NCBI GenBank assembly: GCA_020719345.1
Contig: DYQJ01000002.1
Coordinates: forward strand, 1-46,736
DNA from: Draconibacterium orientale
GTDB taxonomy: Bacteria; Bacteroidota; Bacteroidia; Bacteroidales; DYQJ01
DNA: 46,736 bases
Direction: 5' to 3'
Made by a program: the position numbers and the translations under genes
Notes under the pieces: model-generated
Databases searched by the model: none
What the model was told of the DNA's origin: nothing
What the model saw: the letters and a program-made list of their open reading frames with translations, nothing else
In this document: positions 28,061 to 36,206 of the stretch, piece after piece
How positions within the stretch are numbered: the first letter of the stretch is position 1
How the letters are laid out: every line of letters begins with the position of its first letter

Positions 28061-28611
28061 AAATAGAATTAGAAATATTAGGTCTGACTCACAGTCAGAC
28101 GCAATCCGGAGCATACGTACTTGTGTTGGCAGAAAAAAACGGGGAGCGACGGTTTCCAATTGTCATCGGAGCAACAGAAGCACAAGCAATCGCCATTCAG
28201 TTAGAAAATCTTATCCCCATACGACCTTTAACGCATGACCTGTTGGTTACGATATTATCTGGTTTTGCCATATATGCGGTGGAGATAATCATCACTAAGT
28301 TATCTGACGGCGTATTCTTCTCGGATATTATTTGTGAGCAGGGCGGAAAAAAGGTTAAATTTGATGCCCGAACATCAGATGCTGTAGCAATAGCGCTGCG
28401 TTTCAAATGTCCTATTTATGCTTATGAAACAGTGTTGGAAGAATCCGGGATAATTTTTAATCCGGACAGAACGAAAAATAAATCGGAAGATATAACAACC
28501 ATGAGCATAGAAAGTCTTAATAAGCTGCTCGCCAAAGCAGTAGAAAACGAAGAATACGAAAAAGCATCTATAATCCGAGACGAAATTAAAAGGAGACAAA
28601 AGAAAGATTAA
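28054..28611 (+). CDS. Bifunctional nuclease (DNase/RNase, DUF151-type) with C-terminal UVR motif
   Basis: RFPIVIGATEAQAIAIQLEN...RPLTHDLL is typical of the BFN family. The C-terminal EEYEKASIIRDEIKRR is a UvrB/C-type motif. Confidence 0.75.
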   Translation: MLKIELEILGLTHSQTQSGAYVLVLAEKNGERRFPIVIGATEAQAIAIQLENLIPIRPLTHDLLVTILSGFAIYAVEIIITKLSDGVFFSDIICEQGGKKVKFDARTSDAVAIALRFKCPIYAYETVLEESGIIFNPDRTKNKSEDITTMSIESLNKLLAKAVENEEYEKASIIRDEIKRRQKKD

Positions 28612-28650
28612 TATTTTTGTGTGAAAATACGTTGGAGTATAATTTAAACG

Positions 28651-28690
28651 AGAAATGAAATAATGAAAGTCTTTTCACTATTTCATTTCT
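28651..28690 (+). terminator. Imperfect ~19-bp hairpin after the nuclease gene
   Basis: agaaatgaaataatgaaag pairs with cttttcactatttcatttct. Confidence 0.45.
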
Positions 28691-28714
28691 TCTAAAAGAA
28701 TGGATAGACAGAAC

Positions 28715-28745
28715 TGCTCCCGATTTGTGAACACCGTAATAAGAG
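28715..28745 (+). pseudogene. 31-nt relic of a paralogue of the 1747-2697 gene (covers the NCSRFVNTV catalytic-Cys motif)
   Basis: tgctcccgatttgtgaacaccgtaAtaagag matches 2218-2248 (tgctcccgatttgtgaacaccgtaCtaagag) at 30/31 positions. It lies in otherwise non-coding DNA. Confidence 0.7.
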
Positions 28746-28767
28746 TATATTGTGTGAATTATTTTAT

Positions 28768-29274
28768 TTATAGATAGTCTGTTATAAATCTAAAGCTGTC
28801 CTCAAAAACTTGTTCGTTATTTTCTATTAATTTATTGATAAATAACAATCTTGCCTCAGTAACATCATCATTATTCAAGTTCAAAAAATTAATAGTTGCT
28901 TTTGCTCTGTCGTTATCTTTTTTCGCAATAAGTTTACCCGAGTATGAATCTAAATGAAAATATTTATCAAAAAAATAATCTGGCTCGTCTGGCTTTATCG
29001 GTTTAGGAATTTCAGAATATTTATTGTCGCGTTTGTGAGCATTACAACTGTTGCAAGCCACAAATAAATTTTCCCAAACATACTCTAATTCAGGATAATC
29101 TTTTTTATTTTGAAAATGCTCGACCACTAAATTACCTGAATTATAGAAATATTCATCGCAATACGAACAATGATTTCCTGAGATTAACAATAAAAATGGT
29201 TTTACACAGTCGCGAAACTCCTTATAATTAATATCATTGCAATCGGGCTTTGGAGTTCTATTTTGTTTGTGCAT
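28768..29274 (-). CDS. ptuB: HNH endonuclease (PtuB-like, TIGR02646-style CxxC...H...N...CxxC...H)
   Basis: CSYCDEYF...VEHFQNK...ENLFVACNSCNAHKRD. Overlaps the upstream ATPase gene by 17 nt. Confidence 0.7.
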   Translation of the reverse strand: MHKQNRTPKPDCNDINYKEFRDCVKPFLLLISGNHCSYCDEYFYNSGNLVVEHFQNKKDYPELEYVWENLFVACNSCNAHKRDNKYSEIPKPIKPDEPDYFFDKYFHLDSYSGKLIAKKDNDRAKATINFLNLNNDDVTEARLLFINKLIENNEQVFEDSFRFITDYL

Positions 29275-31435
29275 TTTCTTTTAGTTTTAATAGCTGATTT
29301 TCTTCTATTTTTGCAATCATACGTGTTTGCGAACTTATTTGTAACATTTCAAGCAGTTTTTTGTATTTTTCACTTTCCATTAGCGAAAAATCATTCTTTT
29401 TTATTATTTCATCGCGTATTTTTTGAAATTCTTTAATATTTTTAGTTACATTTTCACTAAAATAATCGCTATCAAAAAAATTACGATACAATGCCTCAAT
29501 ACTATATCCTATTGGAATTTCTTTTAACTCAACATTTCCGTTCTCATTTAAAATGAACGCTTTATGACCTTCGGCAGACTGTAGTGCAACTACATTATGC
29601 GTTGTTAAAATAAACTGAATATTAGGGAAAACTTCTTTTAAAGCCGACAAAAAAGTGCGTTGCCAAACTGGATGCAAGTGTTTATCAAATTCATCTATCA
29701 ATATCGTACCGTTTACAATTTTAAAAATATCTTTTATTTCAACGGGTTTGAGGAACAAATTTTTTCGGGCAGATAGAATTTTAACAACAATATCAGTTAT
29801 TAAAACTATGTTTGTGCGAAACCCCTCACTTATTTCGTACAAAGAAAATTCTACATTATTTGAGTCAACAAAATAAAATCCGTAACTCATTTTTTTAATT
29901 GAATATTTTTTTGAGGATTGCAACATCAAGAATTTATTGATTATGCTTTGTAAACAATTGGAAATTTCTATCAAATCCTTCTGTTGATTCAGAGAATACT
30001 TTTGAATAGATTGTTGTTCCAGTCCATTCAATATATCAAGAGGATTGGGTAACGAAATGTTATAATCATTGAACAAAGTTTCAATATAATATGTTTTGGC
30101 AACGCCACTTGCTAATTCATCTATATAAATACCAGAAGTTGACTGTTTTGAAGTAAATAAATTTTCGCCATAACCTAATGCCAAATAAGTTTGCGGTATT
30201 TCTTTGTTGGCATTTACAGAATAAGGATATATTCGGAGTTCGCGTTCAAAAGTATTCCATTTTAGTTTTATTTCTGCATAAATATCTTCTGTTACAACTT
30301 TTTTGTTTATTATAGATTTTATAAATTGATAGTATCCTTGCTCTCTTGGTATCCATTCCATTGTTGCTTGTGGTATCAAATCTATTGCAATTGCTTGTAA
30401 CAGAGATGTTTTACCACTACCATTCTGACCTATTAATATGTTTATTTTATCTAAATTGTTAATTTCTATACTATTAAATAATTTGAAATTATTAATTTGT
30501 AATGAAGTTATATGTTTATTTTCTTTTTCAAAATCTAATGTTTTAAATACTTGCTCTCTTTGTTTTTCATTTTTTAATTCTATTAATAACTCTTCGCCGC
30601 CAATTGCTATCAATATTTTATCTATAAATTTACCGTAATGTGTTTTTTCGCCAATCTTAAATTTCTGTATTAATTCCGGTACGTCATAAAATTCGTGTGC
30701 ATAATTTGTTGTGTAGAACAATTTATTCGGCTTTGTCACTGAATAGTCTGTTCTTTTTTCATTTATTGCGTTAAAAACCGTTAAAATTGCTTTGTAATTT
30801 TGATTTTGATTTTTGGTATTCAAAAAAAGAACATCTATGTCAAGTTCCTCTTCATACATAGAAGTCAAATATTTCAGGTCATTATCTACAATTATAAAAT
30901 CAGAAAATTTGTAACCCCATTTGAATTTTTTATAGTTTGCAGTTTGAATAGTTAATTGAAAAGCATCTTCAAGTGCTTCTGATAAATTTTTAGAATATCC
31001 ATCTCTGAAAAAATGTAAATTAGTAAGATTATCAATAGAGTTATAAATAGTTAGATATTCTAAATTCTTCAATTCAAAAATTGCATCAGGAAATTTAGTT
31101 AATTTGGTATCAAAAAATTTTAATATTTTAATATTTTGAAGTTTTGGCAAACTTTTTTCAATATATTCTTCAGTTCCTGTTAAATCGGCTTTAAAAAAAT
31201 CTATCCGTTGGAGATTTTTTAATTTAGATAAATCAGTATATATATCACCTCGCCAACTATAACTTATGCAAATATCTTTGATTGTAATCTTATTAAAATA
31301 TGGTATTAATGAAATAAATTCATCTGCGGATAAAAGAATTTTATCATCAATATTATACCAAATTTGGTCATAAACAGTAATGTAATTGTCTTTATTTACT
31401 TTTTCTATCAGATTATCTATTTCTATTTGTGTCAT
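29258..31435 (-). CDS. ptuA: ABC/SMC-type ATPase (PtuA-like, AAA_15/21-style) with a ~300-aa N-terminal leucine-rich-repeat-containing extension
   Basis: Walker A GQNGSGKTSLLQAI, signature-like YEISEGFRT, Walker B GTILIDEFDKHLHP and H-loop ILTTHN. The N-terminus has LPKLQNIKILKFFDTKLTKFPDAIFELKNLEYLTIYNS, which is LRR-like. Confidence 0.7.
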   Translation of the reverse strand: MTQIEIDNLIEKVNKDNYITVYDQIWYNIDDKILLSADEFISLIPYFNKITIKDICISYSWRGDIYTDLSKLKNLQRIDFFKADLTGTEEYIEKSLPKLQNIKILKFFDTKLTKFPDAIFELKNLEYLTIYNSIDNLTNLHFFRDGYSKNLSEALEDAFQLTIQTANYKKFKWGYKFSDFIIVDNDLKYLTSMYEEELDIDVLFLNTKNQNQNYKAILTVFNAINEKRTDYSVTKPNKLFYTTNYAHEFYDVPELIQKFKIGEKTHYGKFIDKILIAIGGEELLIELKNEKQREQVFKTLDFEKENKHITSLQINNFKLFNSIEINNLDKINILIGQNGSGKTSLLQAIAIDLIPQATMEWIPREQGYYQFIKSIINKKVVTEDIYAEIKLKWNTFERELRIYPYSVNANKEIPQTYLALGYGENLFTSKQSTSGIYIDELASGVAKTYYIETLFNDYNISLPNPLDILNGLEQQSIQKYSLNQQKDLIEISNCLQSIINKFLMLQSSKKYSIKKMSYGFYFVDSNNVEFSLYEISEGFRTNIVLITDIVVKILSARKNLFLKPVEIKDIFKIVNGTILIDEFDKHLHPVWQRTFLSALKEVFPNIQFILTTHNVVALQSAEGHKAFILNENGNVELKEIPIGYSIEALYRNFFDSDYFSENVTKNIKEFQKIRDEIIKKNDFSLMESEKYKKLLEMLQISSQTRMIAKIEENQLLKLKENAQTK

Positions 31436-31456
31436 TTTGTTAATTTTTTTACAAAG

Positions 31457-31530
31457 TTATACTATAAACTGCAACTTTGGCAAGTTTTAATTACGAAACA
31501 ATTATACTATAAACGGCAAGTTTTAATTAC
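31457..31530. repeat. Palindromic repeat family 2, one full plus one partial tandem copy
   Basis: ttatactataaactgcaactttggcaagttttaattacgaaacaatta followed by ttatactataaacggcaagttttaattac. Confidence 0.65.
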
Positions 31531-31558
31531 AACCTAAATTTATTTTATCATAAAATTT

Positions 31559-31602
31559 AAGGAATGAATTAATGAAGTTTCTTTCATTAGTTCATTCCCT
31601 TT
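31559..31602 (-). terminator. ~18-bp hairpin downstream of the TPR gene
   Basis: aaggaatgaattaatgaa pairs with ttcattagttcattccctt. Confidence 0.5.
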
Positions 31603-31627
31603 GTGATATATTTGCGAGAAATTTTAA

Positions 31628-32320
31628 TTATATTTCTCCAAGTAGTATTTTTACGCGAGCAATATATTTTTCTATGGTTCTTGCTTCAGTGGAAGTATTG
31701 AAGTCGGTAAATATTTCGTTATAGACTGCAAGAGCTTCGGTGTATTTATTTTGTTTTTCGTAAGCAAGTCCTAATTTTTTCAAATAAATAGGTGTTGTGA
31801 AGTCATTTTTACTTTTATCGGTTGCTTTTTTGTAAGCGGTGATAGCTTGTTGTATGTCTCCTTTTTCCATATATGCATCACCCTTTGCGCCGTTTGCGAT
31901 AGCAAAAAGTAGTATGTCGTCAGTAGAAAAATCGTTAAGATATTTTATCGCCATGTCATAGTCTGCCAAGTGCAAATAACATATACCGCTGTAATAATTA
32001 GCGAGTTCACCGGCTTTTGTAGAGCTGTAATTATTAGCAATTTTCAAGAATCCGGGATAGTTATTATCTCCGTTAAGTGCGAGCGCAAAAGAGTCTATCT
32101 CAAAATAATGTTCAGCATAGAACATTTGTGAGAGTGCTTGTTGTTCTTTAGGTTCTTTAATAAACTTCATAAAAGCCCAGTATCCTCCGAATATAATTAC
32201 TACGGTAAGTAAAACAATAATCAAAGTCTTTTGATTCTTCTCAATAAATTGTTCGGTCTTAGTAAGTGCACCTTCTACATTTTCAAGACCTTCTACTCTG
32301 GTATTTTCTTTATTTGTCAT
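31628..32320 (-). CDS. Membrane-anchored tetratricopeptide-repeat protein (YfgM-like architecture)
   Basis: One N-terminal TM (LIIVLLTVVIIFGGYWAF) followed by TPR-like helices (AGELANYYSGICYLHLADYDMAIKYL, GDIQQAITAYKKA). Confidence 0.65.
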   Translation of the reverse strand: MTNKENTRVEGLENVEGALTKTEQFIEKNQKTLIIVLLTVVIIFGGYWAFMKFIKEPKEQQALSQMFYAEHYFEIDSFALALNGDNNYPGFLKIANNYSSTKAGELANYYSGICYLHLADYDMAIKYLNDFSTDDILLFAIANGAKGDAYMEKGDIQQAITAYKKATDKSKNDFTTPIYLKKLGLAYEKQNKYTEALAVYNEIFTDFNTSTEARTIEKYIARVKILLGEI

Positions 32321-32368
32321 TTTTTGATACGTTTAAATTATGTTCAAAAATAAAAAATTAAAATCAAA

Positions 32369-32399
32369 AAAAAAATCCTCTGTAAATGAGGATTTTTTA
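32369..32399 (-). terminator. Intrinsic terminator after rplS (A-run, 11-bp stem, T-run; potentially bidirectional)
   Basis: aaaaaatcctc tgtaaat gaggatttttt. Confidence 0.7.
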
Positions 32400-32435
32400 C
32401 ATATAAGTAAAAAAGTTCAGCTAGTTGAAATAATA

Positions 32436-32783
32436 TTAGTATTTTTTCTCTTTGATACGGGCTTTTTTACCTGTTAAATTTCGTAGATAGTAAATTCTTG
32501 CGCGTCGGACTCTACCTTTTTTATTAATATCTATTTGCTCTATGAAAGGAGAAGAAATAGGAAATATACGTTCTACCCCAATGTTTCCAGACATCTTACG
32601 GACAGTGAATGTCGCAGTATGTCCGGTTCCTTTTTTTTGTATTACAACACCGCGGTACTGTTGAACACGCTCTTTACTACCTTCTTTTATCTTGTAGTGT
32701 ACTGTAATAGTATCTCCGCTTGAAAATTCTGGCCATTCTCGGCTGACAGTGTAATTTTCTTGTACAATTTTCATTAAATCCAT
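32436..32783 (-). CDS. rplS: 50S ribosomal protein L19
   Basis: [33 protein letters not shown]...ATFTVRK...[11 protein letters not shown] is the canonical L19 sequence. Confidence 0.95.
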   Translation of the reverse strand: MDLMKIVQENYTVSREWPEFSSGDTITVHYKIKEGSKERVQQYRGVVIQKKGTGHTATFTVRKMSGNIGVERIFPISSPFIEQIDINKKGRVRRARIYYLRNLTGKKARIKEKKY

Positions 32784-32928
32784 GACTTATATTTTATGCT
32801 GTGATAATTATAATTTTTAAAATTTTGCTTTTTGAGTGCAATATTAATATATTTTTTTTTATTAATCTAATTTTTTTCTAATTTTTTTTTATTTTTGTTG
32901 TAAATAATTTATTTCTATAAAAAAAAAG

Positions 32929-33690
32929 ATGATTACTCGTTATTTTATCCAGCTCTCTTACAAAGGAACGAACTTTCATGGCTGGCAATATCAACCAAAT
33001 GCTCTCTCGGTACAAGAGACGGTGGAGAGCAAATTAGCAATTATATTACAACAAAAAATACCTTTAACAGGTGCCGGAAGAACAGATACCGGTGTTCATG
33101 CAAGATTTTATGTGGCACATTTTGAGGTAGATACCGACATAGAGACGGTCATTTTGACAAGAAAATTAAATATGATGCTTCCGTCAGATATTGCTGTTCA
33201 AACGATTTTTGAGGTGGACAATAATTTACATGCCCGTTTTGATGCGCTTCGTCGAACCTACGAATATTATTTTCATTTTGCAAAAGACCCGTTCTTGCAA
33301 GATATCTCGCTATATTCGTCTCACAAATTAGATGTGGAAACGATGAATCTCGCAGCCAACGAGCTTTTTCATTATACCGATTTCACAAGTTTTAGTAAAT
33401 TGCATACTGACGTGAAAACTAATAATTGTCAAATATATAAAGCGGAGTGGCGCAAAGCAGGTAATAATTTGATTTTTACTATTGAAGCCGATAGATTTTT
33501 GCGTAACATGGTACGCGCAATAGTTGGAACACTTGTAGAGATTGGAAAACACAAGATGACAATAGCCGAGTTTAAGAATATTATTGAACGAAAAAATAGA
33601 AACGGGGCAGGCATGTCAATGCCCGCACATGGTTTATTTTTAACAAAAATAGATTACCAAAAAGAAGTGAATGACAAATTTATGTTATAA
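32929..33690 (+). CDS. truA: tRNA pseudouridine(38-40) synthase
   Basis: YKGTNFHGWQYQPN and GAGRTDTGVHA (catalytic Asp motif), plus FLRNMVRAIVGTL. Confidence 0.92.
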   Translation: MITRYFIQLSYKGTNFHGWQYQPNALSVQETVESKLAIILQQKIPLTGAGRTDTGVHARFYVAHFEVDTDIETVILTRKLNMMLPSDIAVQTIFEVDNNLHARFDALRRTYEYYFHFAKDPFLQDISLYSSHKLDVETMNLAANELFHYTDFTSFSKLHTDVKTNNCQIYKAEWRKAGNNLIFTIEADRFLRNMVRAIVGTLVEIGKHKMTIAEFKNIIERKNRNGAGMSMPAHGLFLTKIDYQKEVNDKFML

Positions 33691-33747
33691 ACGGCAACTT
33701 GCCAAAGTTTTAATTATAAATGGCAACTTGGCAAAGTTGCGTTTATA
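33686..33747. terminator. Family-2 palindrome forming an ~18-bp hairpin between convergent truA and prfB
   Basis: tataaacggcaacttgcc(33686-33703) pairs with ggcaaagttgcgtttata(33730-33747). The truA stop codon lies inside the 5' arm. Confidence 0.6.
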
Positions 33748-33772
33748 GTATAATTCTCAATTGTTCATTAAC

Positions 33773-34862
33773 TTAGATACTTCCGAACTCCATGAGGTAT
33801 GATTTGATGAACTCTTTTAGTTCGCCGTCTAATACTGCTTGTGCATCAGAGGTTTCGTAATTAGTTCTCAAATCTTTGACCATCTTATAAGGATGTAGCA
33901 CGTAGCTTCGTATTTGTGACCCCCATTCTATTTTGAGTTTTTGTCCTTCTATTTCGGCTTGTTTTTCGCGGCGTTTGCGGAGTTCCAATTCGTAGAGATG
34001 CGATTTTAGTATCCGCAGCGCGTTTTCTTTGTTTTGCAATTGAGAACGGCTTTCGGTGTTTTCTATAATTATTCCGGTCGGTTCATGTCTTAGTCTTACA
34101 CCGGTTTCTACTTTATTGACGTTTTGTCCGCCTGCGCCTCCGGAGCGAAAAGTGTCCCATGTTATGTCTGACTGATTAATTTCTATATTTATGGTGTCAT
34201 CTACAGCGGGAGCCACAAATACGGATGCAAAAGTAGTTTGTCGTTTGCCTTGTGCGTTGAATGGTGAGATTCTGACGAGTCTATGCACCCCGTTTTCCGA
34301 TTTTAAATATCCGTATGCTGATTCTCCAGTAAATTCTATTGTAACCGATTTAACTCCTGCGACTTCGCCTTCTTGTATGTCAAGTATTTTAGCTTTGTAA
34401 TTATTTTTTTCTCCCCAACGTGTGTACATGCGAAGAAGCATTTGTACCCAGTCTAAGCTTTCTGTTCCTCCTGCTCCTGAATTTATTTTCATTATTGCTC
34501 CGAGGGCATCTTCTTCTTTACGGAGCATATTTTTTATTTCCAATTCATCTATGAGTTTCTCTGCTAAAAAGTAAAGTTGCTCCACCTCTTCTTCTGATGC
34601 TTCGGAAGTTTTGTAAAATCCATAAATAGTGTCCACATCTTCTATTGCTTCGGCGACTTTAAAAAAATGTTTAGTCCACTTTTTCATGTCACTAATTTTT
34701 TTCAAATGCTCTTCTGCTTGTTTTGGGTCTGCCCAAAATTTATCATCAGATATTTTAAGTTCGGCTGTGTCTATTTCAATTAATTTATTATCTATATCAA
34801 AGATACCTCCTTAAAGCTTGGTGTTTCTGCTTTAAATCTTTTATTTGCTCTATGCTAATCAT
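33773..34862 (-). CDS. prfB: Peptide chain release factor 2, requiring a programmed +1 frameshift
   Basis: Frame 0 reads [21 protein letters not shown] then TGA (34862-34797). The +1 frame continues [14 protein letters not shown]... into the 310-aa ORF containing SGAGGQ(N)[10 protein letters not shown] (GGQ) and SPF. Confidence 0.92.
34797..34813 (-). promoter_or_regulatory. RF2 autoregulatory frameshift site (AGGAGG TAT CTT TGA)
   Basis: The minus strand reads aaggaggtatctttga. An SD-like AGGAGG lies 3 nt before the CUU UGA slippery/stop site. The T at 34799 is skipped. Confidence 0.9.
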
Positions 34863-34866
34863 GTTA

Positions 34867-35505
34867 TTATTTTTTAAATTTATGAAATCTATAACTTGCT
34901 CCCAATGTGGCAAAATATGGTGACCCAAGTGCAAGTTCTCCGCCGATAGCTATGTTTTGTGTCAAATATACTTCCATTCCAAAAAATACTATTTGAAAAG
35001 AAAATACCGTAGTAGAGGTGCTGTATTCCGGATTTATCGGTATATTGAATTGTAATTTATCAAGGAAACTAAATATTAATTTAGATTCGGCTTTGATTTT
35101 CCAATAGCTCAGACCGAGACGAAGTCCCGAATAAATATTTATTACTCTGTTGTCCACGTAATTAGCCAAATAACGAAACCCTATATTTGTACGGTACAGT
35201 CCCAATTTACCGCTTATGCTGTCCTCCGGAAATACTAAATTAAAAATATAATTTTGGTGCGACAAAGCTACTCCAATGGTAGAAATTTTATTTATTTTGT
35301 AATTATATCCGGCATTGAGGACGGGAATAGTTTTTGCTCCTTCCACGTATTCTGTCAAATCTTCATAATAGTCCACATAGTTGGTTACCATTCCGAGTAC
35401 GCTTCCTCCAATTGCGACATTAAATTTGTAAGGGTAAGAAGGAGTTTGCGAAAATGCGTTCAATGAGAACAGCAATAATATTGCTATTTTAAATATTTTT
35501 TTCAT
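34867..35505 (-). CDS. Outer-membrane beta-barrel protein (porin-family-like)
   Basis: Signal peptide MKKIFKIAILLLFSLNAFSQ. Alternating hydrophobic beta-strand pattern rich in Y/G/N. Its stop lies 4 nt before the prfB ATG. Confidence 0.55.
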   Translation of the reverse strand: MKKIFKIAILLLFSLNAFSQTPSYPYKFNVAIGGSVLGMVTNYVDYYEDLTEYVEGAKTIPVLNAGYNYKINKISTIGVALSHQNYIFNLVFPEDSISGKLGLYRTNIGFRYLANYVDNRVINIYSGLRLGLSYWKIKAESKLIFSFLDKLQFNIPINPEYSTSTTVFSFQIVFFGMEVYLTQNIAIGGELALGSPYFATLGASYRFHKFKK

Positions 35506-35520
35506 ATAGATGTTTGATTA

Positions 35521-35940
35521 TCATATTTTATCTTTTTCCGAAAAGAGTATATCATCAGGAAAGTATAATTGATTGCTGTAAACCGAATTTAAGGCGGCTT
35601 CTATATTTTGAATATTAGCTTTAAATATACAACCTTTGAAACCTGTTGATAATAACTCGGTTAGATATGCTTTATCTTCGTACATAGTTATAGCTATAAT
35701 TTTAAGATAAATATTGTCCCACAATAATTTCTTGGCGGTTAAAATACCGTTTAGTTTAGGCATCTCTATGTCTATCAGGATTATGTCCGGCGTGATTCTC
35801 TGACTTTTATCAAAATAAGACAATAGGTCTTCTCCATTTTCAAAACGCGCCACGACTGTGTGTTTTAGTTCTTGAGTCAAACATTGTTCCAGGTTCTCCC
35901 CAAATTTCTTGTTGTCATCTACAATTATTAAGTTCATAAT
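35521..35940 (-). CDS. Stand-alone response-regulator receiver domain protein
   Basis: MNLIIVDDN...PDIILIDIEMPKLNG...IIAITMY...GFKGCIFK, with no output domain. The start is taken at the ATG at 35940 rather than the track start at 36006. Confidence 0.75.
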   Translation of the reverse strand: MMNLIIVDDNKKFGENLEQCLTQELKHTVVARFENGEDLLSYFDKSQRITPDIILIDIEMPKLNGILTAKKLLWDNIYLKIIAITMYEDKAYLTELLSTGFKGCIFKANIQNIEAALNSVYSNQLYFPDDILFSEKDKI

Positions 35941-36026
35941 ATAATATATTTTTAGTTTTTTACAAAGATAAATAAAAAACAAAAAAAACAAAAAATCTTT
36001 TAACAATTTTATTTATAAAAAAATCG

Positions 36027-36189
36027 GGCATGTTTCATTTATTAGGTTACACTTCTTTGCGAAACTTTGCGTTTTTACCTTTGCGAGACTCTGCGTGAAA
36101 TATTTGATTATCAATTTCTCGCAAAGTTTTTCGCAGAGTTTCGCAAAGAAAAAAATGTAAACTACTTTTAAGCAGTTATGAAAGATGCC
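36027..36189 (-). mobile_element. MITE-like element, copy B (inverted relative to copy A; carries a 12-nt extra module)
   Basis: TIRs are ggcatgtttcat (36027-36038) and atgaaagatgcc (36178-36189). Two mismatches plus one 12-nt indel versus 2874-3024. A GATTTTT-like flank occurs on both sides. The track ORF 36013-36210 is a translation of this repeat. Confidence 0.7.
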
Positions 36190-36206
36190 AAAAATCTGCT
36201 TGAAAA

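Noticed and set aside
31436-31627. The tandem repeats upstream of the PtuA-like gene could be a retron msr/msd RNA, as in retron-associated Septu systems.
   Set aside because: No reverse transcriptase ORF exists anywhere nearby. The repeats also belong to the dispersed family-2 palindromes found at unrelated gene ends.
2874-36189. The inverted, near-identical MITE copies at 2874-3024 and 36027-36189 could be the ends of a 33-kb composite transposon or invertible segment.
   Set aside because: The interval contains core housekeeping genes (pgi, rplS, truA, prfB) and no transposase or integrase. At least three other family members lie inside and outside it, so the pair is better explained as independent MITE insertions.
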